A stretch of 64,000 nucleotides of DNA, taken from IMG/VR virus record IMGVR_UViG_3300017691_000006, positions 1 to 64,000 of that record. One strand, 5' to 3'. Numbering within the stretch: position 1 is the first letter of the stretch; every line of letters begins with the position of its first letter. Source of the stretch: a virus. Its lineage: Duplodnaviria; Caudoviricetes. The position numbers and the translations under genes were made by a program. Positions 10,801-16,823 of the stretch are shown piece by piece. Below the pieces are notes generated by a model, which was not told the origin of the DNA, searched no databases, and saw only the letters and a list, made by a program, of their open reading frames with translations.

Positions 10801-11557
10801 TCAGCTGGCCCTCGTTGGCCATCTTGCGGAGACCGCCCACGGATACGCCCAGGGCGTCGGCGAGGCCGTTGCCGAGGTAGCGCATCTGCTCCATGACGGA
10901 GTTGAACTCCTCGCCACGGAGGACGCCGGAGCCGATGCCCTGCGACAGCTGCGTGAGCGCGGCCTCCACGCCCTGCACAGAGGAACCGGACAGCGCCGCG
11001 CTCTGCTGGATGGTGCGGTTGAGCTTGACGATGCGACCCTGCTCCACGTTAGCGCCCTTGAGCGCGGTGGTGAAGGTCACGAAGATGTCGGCGTTGGCTC
11101 CAAGGGCGGTGCGGGTGTCCTGCGCCGTCTTGAACAGCTCGCGCTGGCGCAGGGTCAGCTCGTAGGTGTCCTTGGTGACCAGCTTGAGGCGGTCGCGGAT
11201 GGCCAGGATGTCGTCGCCGGCCTGCGTGAAGGCGCTGACGCCCTTGGTAGCGGCGAACACGGCAGCGATGCTGAGCACCGAGCCCTTGAGCAGGTTGATG
11301 TTGGCCCGCAGCGCGGTGGTGTCGGCTGCGATCGCCTTGAGCGACGACGAGCCGGAGCCGCCGAACGCCTTGAATGAGTTGTTCGCCTGGTTGATGTTCT
11401 TGCTGAGGTCCTTGAACCGGTCTGCGTTGACCTTGTCCAAGGACTGCCCCGCGCGGCCCGACATCGTTACCATGTCGGCCAGGCGCTTGTTAAGGCTGCG
11501 GAGTCCGTTCTCCGCCTTCTCCGAGTTAGTTTCGACGTCGATGATTACGCCCGACAT
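1817..11557 (-). CDS. Tail tape measure protein (3246 aa) with lytic transglycosylase domain
   Basis: N-terminal tape-measure signature (ALTQLSQGIGSGVLRGEEFNSVMEQ), Ala/Gly-rich helical body, C-terminal GGDVKGPGTSRSDSIPAMLSDGEFVVNA motif; follows the tail chaperone. Confidence 0.95.
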   Translation of the reverse strand: MSGVIIDVETNSEKAENGLRSLNKRLADMVTMSGRAGQSLDKVNADRFKDLSKNINQANNSFKAFGGSGSSSLKAIAADTTALRANINLLKGSVLSIAAVFAATKGVSAFTQAGDDILAIRDRLKLVTKDTYELTLRQRELFKTAQDTRTALGANADIFVTFTTALKGANVEQGRIVKLNRTIQQSAALSGSSVQGVEAALTQLSQGIGSGVLRGEEFNSVMEQMRYLGNGLADALGVSVGGLRKMANEGQLTTEVLVGALEKMASTAERDFGRTQASATVGFRQFRQSLNYFLGDINQFTGASAKLGSIFVSMGKGLDSDAVVTRLTTIRRALNNYFDELERLRKVKFEIWRFDPGDGSVEAEMKKESKKQLEALKSFFSGNDVDVPQNLIERLKSRLKMPTKEDTGFFDVGDTRATVKAVVDTFAQLARGVELTAHNIKRSMPVIIAPMVRFRDSLLADSAITAKAADTYVYKALLPLTRGLEEFRDVISFGNLGDNFGPRAFVRLFQSDDIVDFAHNLTVLNNVFDQHFIRLNSLGHFLNEKTRFVKSFTVWPVQDLLIQLGLMDNRLIRIRDTRFDRVIEYMRLLGDSAAYTYKQLLAPDINLFVYKLKISLLIALKTVADIFSSAFNFDNGQAFGKALVRGIVAGVSFIGKALAEVFEKGVDLDRYSRDLGKQFVYVIAGVLATIPGFVAGAFTGISQEIYAQLAAVDYDSVFDGLKSAAGKGVEFVVKMFTDILSYANQHLKAVENRITGFGQHVKDVFFNIWDEVVGHSFWPDMVDDVNAYTKNLFQSSSMIDRFSDGVLGAFRSTLDKVRSYFSKFGGALGEISVVVTNIDWGSTARNIAGSFGAILYSAFTLLRSKNASFKFLAAAYLLSIFDNATGGAINKAAPAVGSAAGVLGAEFAKGLITSFKEAIILAGKALPSFLETMFTDLIPFIQYPMNLISNFIPIFNNGVLGSLALVTAAYLKFTGKKFTDVWATLFGTPAKGKKEATAGIGPALFESLAGPVVGQAQRVKFTSSLATQLFDKPKFAAIAAGIMSLGLMDAFRFRDAFAVAAPFLAMAILGNKGGARFMKETTILGTNLLVKSFGDIAKNMAKLVLPTSAYEKLTKWLAAPFDAMEARSKKVKGPVGRAMAGFTDNIKQVVANIEAGRKLYADGVIGMKDLFFGADVVGPQGPQRPTANTSFGTAFQRVKTAVGDYKIDPASKSIREYAAQMRTLYNKVALDLVARLTVSNTIVADGFKNFTAKAFEALKGSISSFYSFLGPVFNGLGKLLQNRMLLLSVGVNLAAFFATSASAATGAADAFSSMGDSLAGTAVAVVALTAAMKTLSLGTKAFGAYRSARKSFLSDATADELKDMKLRFSERKLEAVNAFKNTPKADRQEAFGTDKISVYRGRISKESNEAFEAKRKALMADAIPAANQAAWQAAKAEAGRFFTGVTAGFAKLRTAFAFDKIKGAVAGSALGKGVEAAGDATGVFDKVKAFSGAFKGDAAAKVMSGVKEMGVLKTLMLPFRLGLKGLGGATQLLFRGLSLLTTEVLGIALGPLALVAGGLTLLATAFVGFVGPFDSFTDNVKWLADKVLGFAGFEPKTGAGKSKGMADDYGKLEVDGQTYDLTRQLMNMDAANMSAAQLDGVKQALDTYKDTLKSLNDEAVKQGGANDDQRLRASQAYDEAKGIIARQKLRKDADPGNDFGDKLALAQQRRGQGDTSLGGNISRLFGGADANIANAGNSVFSLYYDARDKVVDAFRDITKAATWFATAVGVAIAGTVMPALTALDNWISDSAVGRFFGGIRKGIKDGFVATRDRVMDRDNANGRMYNDFETNFTRDAVKYFDKLPKTVQESLTKAQSEYDKAVTKAEYTRKVVESGGFDRSQGDRTREDAVKRYKSELAYLARIEESYKKIGLAAGAMGKNIDLADKLKDKLKGFETRTKGLGAGLAPDSFYGTEKDMKRFDALAKIRGMADTGVDRARNMGERNRAFSWKKSAEEEAKGYKAILDQRVLFGTLMKQQSDASGVGEDLLRGFRLSGSEASKSFDAVTKRYLELKNALDNAPSEATPEYLRRLQKQLGDTQLQMAKLGPVDVSFEGLNKGLTDVGAAGISMEMYANLPTDDVMQLGEALKDVKVAQVEANQALLDYEEGKTGIEAVQDAIQGVIDKFGEAKRAAAKARFDALGSIATLGLSGVAGADVAASITGDKPNARIRANKGKATRFTQLSISKADAEYTVAQYQPKLRTGTLSASEVKTYSDALSRAADIDEQMQKLGEAPKAEKKDRYGFKQLLADVNEAGIAISDLGFARLGKDARSSLSSIAAQIHGIEKELEKATPTQDVSDQLTRKAKLLADMRQKLVSAFDSTGKAIGETLDQAGLSDRSAISAMSLGNLRELIDLSKQVALLKAKVDDASSLEEYLTLSKELAGVERQRAGTLDKLNNTANKVAETINGAFGSSLQQLTVDNLGDSMVDSFNRAALKVQARIRDLAAQGKNAFAWMREVKRQGEYLDFFSSFATNLEDAIARGAKTGLSKIKDVFPNIGMTVRQFNRLRPDEKNARVKEAMSFDALQKAAELPDLTPTLAKVLDKFDGTNATSVLGEFKDQYLLEFQKSFDDATAQPLELNTNATAENTKAVIALTAAVGVGAGVQMPNLPMGNDLFAKMVPVTLDSESGNKRYGRNGKLLRSSAGALGEMQVLPSTARKPGYGVAPAKDGSPDELARVGRDLLKAFLTKYKDPAKAWAAYNAGPGSLEKAMAKGGDNYLKYMPKETQAYVAKNLRKLGKAKVTPTVNEVLPPDVEVQANALPPKERGYVSDGFYRASERAAKAGYGDLIQQDVYRAADGKQKAKLIGMADQVRALQQAIEDAETVGAPTDELSAKLRRAQESMASFSEHVMDLGHTFREMGERVAQSLDGSLRDGLTAALTGKGDFIKTLFSNLTNSLITNAVDMITKPLTGDNGIVTRFLRGKGNEADAAGFNPLSFLGIGKKKDASLREGDMPGFEIANGTLGSMFGFGGGSAFDSSGLNKSVFGKGGDLLGGDVMGGIGDGATIFSDTFNADIGTLTKDLSGVFEKGAGGIGEALKGLGGGGGGGMIGGAMAAGTLFGTMFAKLFLANGGDVKGPGTSRSDSIPAMLSDGEFVVNAESTKKHRKLLGAINSGKRLKFADGGFVTQLSSQSNAVSDMAVGMMAVPTSATIDESKMPTPKDGGKTEINLGITGDINRQTRATIFELMPQIAAGVNAHNKERGGG
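3244..3570 (-). other. SLT / lytic transglycosylase domain inside the tape measure
   Basis: Motifs ESG..., SSAGALGEMQVLPSTA, AWAAYNAGPG, ETQAYV. Confidence 0.9.
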
Positions 11558-11574
11558 GGGTGGTGTCTCCTTCT

Positions 11575-11613
11575 AAATTAAAAACCCCTACCAGGAGCGT
11601 TTCCTAGTAGGGG
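11575..11613 (-). terminator. Intrinsic terminator-like hairpin upstream of the tape measure
   Basis: Minus strand CCCCTACTAGGA-AACGC-TCCTGGTAGGGG followed by TTTTTAATTT. Confidence 0.75.
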
Positions 11614-11619
11614 CGAAGG

Positions 11620-11916
11620 TCATTGAGACCTCACAATGGTACCACTAGGGTTAACACCCTTGAGTGACAGTAGCGTCGACTCGACGAAGTAGGCCGGAGC
11701 CTGCTCCGAGTGACCAGCGTTGAGGTCGTCGATGTATTCGGCGTCGTTGGTGATGGACTTGCCGTCGTGCGTCCACCGGGACTGCGCGTAACCTGTGTCG
11801 ACCGGGGTGGCCTCCTCCAGCTTCTCGACGGCTTCATCCAGCACCTTGTTCACCTGCCTCTGCTTCTCGGCAGCTAGGCGGGTGAAGATGAGCGGGTCGA
11901 TCTTTACCTTGATCAT
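11620..11916 (-). CDS. HK97 gp10-like tail completion protein
   Basis: TPVDTGYAQSRW...NDAEYIDDLNAGHSEQAP pattern. Confidence 0.75.
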   Translation of the reverse strand: MIKVKIDPLIFTRLAAEKQRQVNKVLDEAVEKLEEATPVDTGYAQSRWTHDGKSITNDAEYIDDLNAGHSEQAPAYFVESTLLSLKGVNPSGTIVRSQ

Positions 11917-12254
11917 GGGTCTAGCTTGTCGCCTCCCTTTGCTCCCAGCATCATCTGCATGAACATGGAGTTCTGCAGAGAGGCCATCTCAGGTGCCTGA
12001 CCCTCCTTGGGCTCGGTCTTGTATATCTTCTCCAGCGACGGGAAGAGCTTCCAGGGCTTCTCCTTGACACCAGCGGACTGGATGATCTTGGAGGCGCGGT
12101 CGTCTTCGCGCCACCCGGCTGGCCTACGCTCGAAGTAGTCGTACCAGCCGAGGAGCTCCTCGTGCGGAAGCTCCATGACCTCCCATACGAACTTGCCCAG
12201 GTTGTGGGCGATCTCGTATATCGAGAGGTCAGCGTCGCTTAGGCGTCGTTTCCC
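11913..12254 (-). CDS. Tail assembly chaperone, -1 frame extension (gpT-like part of gpGT)
   Basis: The -1 frame is open from the slippery site: GKRRLSDADLSIYEIAHNLGKFVWEVMELPHEELLGWYDYF. Confidence 0.8.
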   Translation of the reverse strand, partial: GKRRLSDADLSIYEIAHNLGKFVWEVMELPHEELLGWYDYFERRPAGWREDDRASKIIQSAGVKEKPWKLFPSLEKIYKTEPKEGQAPEMASLQNSMFMQMMLGAKGGDKLDP

Positions 12255-12571
12255 GCGTCCTGGCCGATACCCGAGTACTCCATGATCGCGTTGGAGAGCT
12301 TCGACAGCTCGTCCATCGGGAAGCCCACGAAGTCGTCGTCGGTCAGGTGCTCGGCACCCTCGACCGCGCTACGGATAACGAGCCGGAGAATGTCCAGGCC
12401 GGCGTTCTCGTCCTCCTTGAGGGCCTGTGCGGCCTCCTGGATCGCCTTGACCTCGGCCACGGTGAGCTTCGAGATCTTGACGTCGGCGCCGAGGAACTTG
12501 TACGTCTTGGTCATACGCTTGCCAACGAGGGCGAGGATGCCGGTCTTCGGTGCGGTGTTCGTGTCGGTCAT
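12239..12571 (-). CDS. Tail assembly chaperone (gpG-like)
   Basis: 110-aa acidic protein between tail tube and tape measure, ending in a slippery heptamer. Confidence 0.8.
   Translation of the reverse strand: MTDTNTAPKTGILALVGKRMTKTYKFLGADVKISKLTVAEVKAIQEAAQALKEDENAGLDILRLVIRSAVEGAEHLTDDDFVGFPMDELSKLSNAIMEYSGIGQDAGNDA
12248..12254 (-). promoter_or_regulatory. -1 programmed frameshift heptamer G GGA AAC
   Basis: Minus strand GCG GGA AAC GAC GCC TAA; X XXY YYZ pattern in the correct phase. Confidence 0.8.
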
Positions 12572-12577
12572 TTCAAT

Positions 12578-12811
12578 TTATCCCTGAAACTTGTCTCGAT
12601 TGGCGAGCTGGAATGAGTCCAGCCACTGCCGCATACCATGTAGCATAGCCAGCGTCTGGAAGACCTCGGCTGCCTTCTCCTGGTTGTTCTCGAACTCCGG
12701 GAGGCGGGCAAATGTCTTGCGGATGCTGACGTCGATGTCCTTGCGCATGTGGCGCGAGGTCGTGCGGAGCACGTAGCCCATATCGAAGGGCGGCGGAGTA
12801 TCTTCTGCCAT
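12578..12811 (-). CDS. Hypothetical protein (77 aa)
   Basis: Clean ORF with RBS between the tRNA and the chaperone. Confidence 0.6.
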   Translation of the reverse strand: MAEDTPPPFDMGYVLRTTSRHMRKDIDVSIRKTFARLPEFENNQEKAAEVFQTLAMLHGMRQWLDSFQLANRDKFQG

Positions 12812-12828
12812 GATTTCCTGTGTGATGT

Positions 12829-12902
12829 TGGCGAGTCGGCCAGGTGTCGAACCTGGGTCGTCGGTTTTGGAGACCGATGCTCTACCGTTGAGCTACCTAC
12901 CC
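12829..12902 (-). tRNA. tRNA-Trp (CCA) with encoded 3' CCA
   Basis: GGGTAGG-TAGCTCAACGGTAGAGC-A-TCGGT-CTCCAAA-ACCGA-CGAC-CCAGG-TTCGACA-CCTGG-CCGACTC-G-CCA folds as a cloverleaf; one A.G mismatch in the acceptor stem. Confidence 0.92.
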
Positions 12903-12937
12903 GAGGGTGGGAGGGACCGGAGCCCCTCCCGTGAGCC

Positions 12938-13540
12938 TTAGCTCGTGAACGGGCCGAAGAACGAGCCCTGCATCGACAGCGTGAGCGCCGCCGTGTTGGC
13001 GTCGGTCAGCTGCGGGTTGACCTGCAGCGCCTCGACCTTGCCGACCCAGAAGAACTGCGAGTTCTGCGTGGTGCCGAGACCAGTCGAGCTCGACGCGAAC
13101 GCCGTCGCGGTGGTGCCGGTGGGCGGCGAGTTCAGGAGCGAGAAGCGGAACACGCGCGAGACGGCGTCGTTGACCATCGGCGCGAGCAGCTGACCGGCGA
13201 CGTCCTTCGCCCAGTCGGCAGCGATGTAGTTCAGCGTCAGCTCCAGCGAGGGAGCGTCGGCCTGGCCCTGAATCTGCGACGAGGTCGCCTGACCGTAGGC
13301 CGGGACGTTGACGATGTTCGCGGGTACGCCCATCGCGGGGAACTCGCGGACGTTCTTCACGCGGATGAACGCGCCGGCAGCGCGGGTGCCGCCCGTGGTG
13401 TTGATCTCCGAGGCGAAGAGCGCCTGGAAAGCAGCCGCCGTGTTGAGCGCTGCGAGGGCGGTCGGCGTGAGCTCGGCCACCGGGGTTGCGATGGACAGGT
13501 CCGAGTAGTTACCCGAACCGATCGAAGCGATATGTGCCAT
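12938..13540 (-). CDS. Major tail (tube) protein
   Basis: Position; VREFPAMGVPANIVNVPAYGQATSSQIQGQADAPSLELTLNY resembles tail-tube proteins. Confidence 0.85.
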   Translation of the reverse strand: MAHIASIGSGNYSDLSIATPVAELTPTALAALNTAAAFQALFASEINTTGGTRAAGAFIRVKNVREFPAMGVPANIVNVPAYGQATSSQIQGQADAPSLELTLNYIAADWAKDVAGQLLAPMVNDAVSRVFRFSLLNSPPTGTTATAFASSSTGLGTTQNSQFFWVGKVEALQVNPQLTDANTAALTLSMQGSFFGPFTS

Positions 13541-13541
13541 T

Positions 13542-13952
13542 CTAGTTACTTACTCCGTAGAGGTTGAAAGGTACCGTGTACTGAGACCGGGTGAGGGAGG
13601 GGTTCGCCTTGTCGGCGCCTCTCCCCTGCAGCGTGGAGCCCTTGAACTCCAAGCTGAGTCCTGCTGACAGCTGCACCGTCTTGAAGTGCATGTACTTGTC
13701 CAGGACGTCGGCGATAGCGAGGGCTCGGGCTGGACCCTCACCGTCGGCCGTGTAGATGTCTAAGATACAGATGCCAGATACGGAGACCTTGTTCAGCCCC
13801 TTCGCCGAGGGGATGACAGATACGCGTACGTACTCCTTGCTCGCCCTGTCCGGGACAACGTCCTGGGGGAAGGCGGGAATGTTCTCGGCCAGCCACGGGG
13901 CTGATCCGAAGATGGAGTTGACGGCGTCCTGCGCCTGCGTGTAGCGACCCAA
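13542..13952 (-). CDS. Tail terminator-like protein
   Basis: Position before the tube gene; TTG start at 13952 after a GGAGG RBS. Confidence 0.6.
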   Translation of the reverse strand: MGRYTQAQDAVNSIFGSAPWLAENIPAFPQDVVPDRASKEYVRVSVIPSAKGLNKVSVSGICILDIYTADGEGPARALAIADVLDKYMHFKTVQLSAGLSLEFKGSTLQGRGADKANPSLTRSQYTVPFNLYGVSN

Positions 13953-13953
13953 C

Positions 13954-14307
13954 CTACGCCTCCCTGAACAGCTTGACCATCCAGACACGTCCGGACTCGT
14001 GCAGCCTTTCGCCGAGCTTCCAGTCGAAGCCCTCGAACTTGACGCTGTCGTACGAGTTCAGGTCGCCGACCTCGGAAGCCTTGAGCAGCACGGTCTTGAC
14101 GATCGTGTTGGTGCCCTTGGCAGGCTTCTCGGTCTCGACGACGACCAGCTTGACGGCGATGGGGGCGAGCGACGTTGACGTCGTCTTGCCCGCGTTCCAG
14201 TCGAAGCCGGTGGACGTGCGCTTGGTGAAGGTCGCCTCGACGGCCAGGTCCTTCACCTTGTTGAAGGCGTTGGACACTTGCTTGTCAATGAGCGACCTGT
14301 AGCTCAC
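13954..14307 (-). CDS. Head closure / stopper protein
   Basis: 117-aa beta-rich protein after the adaptor. Confidence 0.55.
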   Translation of the reverse strand: MSYRSLIDKQVSNAFNKVKDLAVEATFTKRTSTGFDWNAGKTTSTSLAPIAVKLVVVETEKPAKGTNTIVKTVLLKASEVGDLNSYDSVKFEGFDWKLGERLHESGRVWMVKLFREA

Positions 14308-14780
14308 CAGGCTCTCCAGACTGTGCGACCGCCGCCGTTGCGCAGCAGGGGTCGCAGGTTACGCTTGACCTGGGACGGGATCACCGAGGCGTTCCTCAGC
14401 TTCTTCAGCAGGATCGGGCCGAGGCTCAGGTCCTCGACCGTACCCGTGTCGTCCAGCAGGCCGTCGTTGTTCAGCAGGTGGTAGGCCAGCTCGCAGGTGG
14501 CGTTCGCAACCCTGTCCGGGATGCTGTCCGTGCGGACGAGCCTTCCTAGGCGGGGGTCGAAGAACACCACGCGGCGGGGCCACGCTAGGGACTGGGTCTC
14601 CGAGACGGCGTACCCCTCCCACTCCAGGGAGTCCAGCAGCAGGGTGGCCGTAGCCAAGGCCCTGGAACGCTGGTCCTCCGACGCCTCCTCCCAAGCGGCA
14701 GCGTCGAGCCGCAGCGCGAAGTACGCCACAGCATCGGCGACCGTCACGTAGGTGTTGGTGCCCTTGGTCAGGGTAGCCAT
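14304..14780 (-). CDS. Head-tail adaptor / connector protein
   Basis: NTYVTVADAVAYF...QSLAWPR...IPDRVANATCELA pattern; directly after the capsid gene. Confidence 0.7.
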   Translation of the reverse strand: MATLTKGTNTYVTVADAVAYFALRLDAAAWEEASEDQRSRALATATLLLDSLEWEGYAVSETQSLAWPRRVVFFDPRLGRLVRTDSIPDRVANATCELAYHLLNNDGLLDDTGTVEDLSLGPILLKKLRNASVIPSQVKRNLRPLLRNGGGRTVWRAW

Positions 14781-14793
14781 GTCTCAGGCCTCC

Positions 14794-15981
14794 TTACGCG
14801 TGGAAGATCGGCAGGATGCCCAGCTGGAGAGCCGAGTTGGTCTTGCGCTGCCACACGCCGCGAACGTTCGCGATGTTGGCGTCGACCATGTTCACGGCCT
14901 TGCGGAGCGTGCCGGCGTCCATGACCGAGGCGTAGTCCGCGTCGGACGGGAAAGCCTCTTCCGGGCCAGCCCAGGTGTAGCCAGCCGGGTGAGCCACGTA
15001 GCCCCAGCGATGCCAGATCTCGGCGACGCCGGTACCCTTGTACGACGCCTCACGGTTGTCCACGCCGACCGGGTTCGGGATCGCCAGCTGCTCCATGGCG
15101 ATCGCGCCGGGGAGGATGACGTACGAGACGTACTGGCCGACGAGGTCGACGCCGGCGCCAACGTTGATCTTGGTGATCTCCGCCGGGCTGAGGTCCATGC
15201 TCGTGCGGGTCATGAGCAAGCGGAACTTGCCCTGGAAGATCGTGGTGAACTCGATGTTGCCGTCCACGACCTTGTCCTGGTCGACGAGGTTCGCCGAGCG
15301 CAGCGACGCCATGACCGCGGGGTCGATGACGAGGTACAGGTACTCGGGCTCGTAGTCCTTCCAGGCCATGCCGACTGCCTTCAGGAAGGCCTCCGCGCGC
15401 TGTGCGCCCTGCGAAGTGGTCGTGGGAGCGCCGACCATCTGGGCAGCACCCAGGTCGACGTAGAAGCCGTAGCGGCGGTCGGTCGGGTCGTTGTAGAAGG
15501 TCTGACCGCCCAGGCCGGTCTGGCCCGAGCCGGTGGCGGTACCGTTGAGCAGCTCCGAGATGGCGACGCCCTTGAGGATCGAGCGGACGGCCGAGTCCTC
15601 GTCGAGGGCGCGGTGCTCACCGAACGACTTGCCCATCTGGACGAGGTCGTCGGTCTTCGTGATCAGCTCGGTCAGGTTGCGCTTCTTCGCGCCCCAGGTG
15701 CGGACCGTCTTGATGTACTGCGAGTAGTCGCTGGAGAAGTCGTTGTACGCGCCGTCCGAGGCGTCGGTGATCGACGCGACGTTGATGACGGGGTTCATCG
15801 GCTTGAACCAGCGCATCTGACCGACGAACGTCTCCGTGTTCTTGTCGATCATGGGGTTGCCGCCCACGATCGCCGTGGTCGACAGTCGCTTGGCGTTGGT
15901 GTACGCCTCATCGCTGTACGCGGTGAGGGTCTCCTGCAGGACGAAGTTCGTCGCGCCTGCCGGGATTACGGGTGCGGGCAT
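14794..15981 (-). CDS. Major capsid protein
   Basis: 395 aa, strongly biased codons, between scaffold and adaptor. Confidence 0.85.
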   Translation of the reverse strand: MPAPVIPAGATNFVLQETLTAYSDEAYTNAKRLSTTAIVGGNPMIDKNTETFVGQMRWFKPMNPVINVASITDASDGAYNDFSSDYSQYIKTVRTWGAKKRNLTELITKTDDLVQMGKSFGEHRALDEDSAVRSILKGVAISELLNGTATGSGQTGLGGQTFYNDPTDRRYGFYVDLGAAQMVGAPTTTSQGAQRAEAFLKAVGMAWKDYEPEYLYLVIDPAVMASLRSANLVDQDKVVDGNIEFTTIFQGKFRLLMTRTSMDLSPAEITKINVGAGVDLVGQYVSYVILPGAIAMEQLAIPNPVGVDNREASYKGTGVAEIWHRWGYVAHPAGYTWAGPEEAFPSDADYASVMDAGTLRKAVNMVDANIANVRGVWQRKTNSALQLGILPIFHA

Positions 15982-15996
15982 TCAGTTGTCCTTGTG

Positions 15997-16689
15997 TTAT
16001 CCGCGCGCGGGCTTGCCGGCGAGGATGTTGCGCATGACCTCGGAAGGGTCGACGTCGAAGATTGACTTGGGCTTCTGCTGGGTACCCGGTGCCGGGTTCA
16101 GCGGGGCGTCTCCGCCCGTGCCGGTGGAACGCTTCGGCTTGAGGAGGAACTGGTTGTCCGCGTCCTCGAAGAACGCCTTGGCGTGGTCGGCGATGCTCTT
16201 ACCCTCGCGGGATACCCAGACACCGTTGGCGTCCTTGACCAGGTCAGTGGTGATGTCCTTGACGGCCATCGCGCGTGCCTTGGCGTTCCGGAACTCGTAG
16301 GTCGCGAGCGCGTCGCTCACGTCACGGTCACGGGTCAGGCCCACGTTCGCCTTGGTAAGCTCCTTCATCTGATTCTGGAGGTCCTCCAGCTCTCGTGCGT
16401 GAGCTTCCTTTTCCTGTCCTGCGTCGCGGAGACGCGCGGTCTCTCGGTCTCGCTCCAGCTTCTCCAGCTCCTTCGTGCGGGCCTCGGCCGCGTCCTTCGC
16501 CTCGTAGGCGGAGTTCAGACGCGCCTTGATCGGAGCCAACGCTGCGGCGACTGCCTTCTCGATGTCGGTGCGGTTGTCTTCCGCCGGCTCGATCGGGGTG
16601 CCGTCCTCGTTCTTCGTGGGGTCGAAGTCCGGGTTGTCGATCATCTGGCCCTCGTTGTCGGGGTCCGGAATCTGCTTGGGGTTCGGCAT
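15997..16689 (-). CDS. Capsid scaffolding protein
   Basis: Acidic N-terminus and coiled coil, directly before the capsid gene; start reassigned to MPNPKQ (16689). Confidence 0.75.
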   Translation of the reverse strand: MPNPKQIPDPDNEGQMIDNPDFDPTKNEDGTPIEPAEDNRTDIEKAVAAALAPIKARLNSAYEAKDAAEARTKELEKLERDRETARLRDAGQEKEAHARELEDLQNQMKELTKANVGLTRDRDVSDALATYEFRNAKARAMAVKDITTDLVKDANGVWVSREGKSIADHAKAFFEDADNQFLLKPKRSTGTGGDAPLNPAPGTQQKPKSIFDVDPSEVMRNILAGKPARG

Positions 16690-16801
16690 TGTTGGTATCT
16701 TCCTCTGAGCACAGCTCAATTGCGGCAGGGGCCACAGACCTCTACCAAATGGAATGTCGGTGTGGGCCGCTGGGAGTACAACTCCTTTACAGCCCATACC
16801 T

Positions 16802-16821
16802 GGGTTAATTCAACGGGTTGG
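16802..16821 (-). promoter_or_regulatory. Conserved motif, degenerate copy (candidate phage RNAP promoter for scaffold/capsid)
   Basis: Plus strand GGGTTAATTCAACGGGTTGG, 19/20 identical to the three perfect copies; lies just after the RNAP stop codon. Confidence 0.7.
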
Positions 16822-16823
16822 CG

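Noticed and set aside
11648-11660. GGGTTAACACCC resembling the promoter motif
   Set aside because: Matches only GGGTTAA, lies inside a gene and lacks the AACGG half
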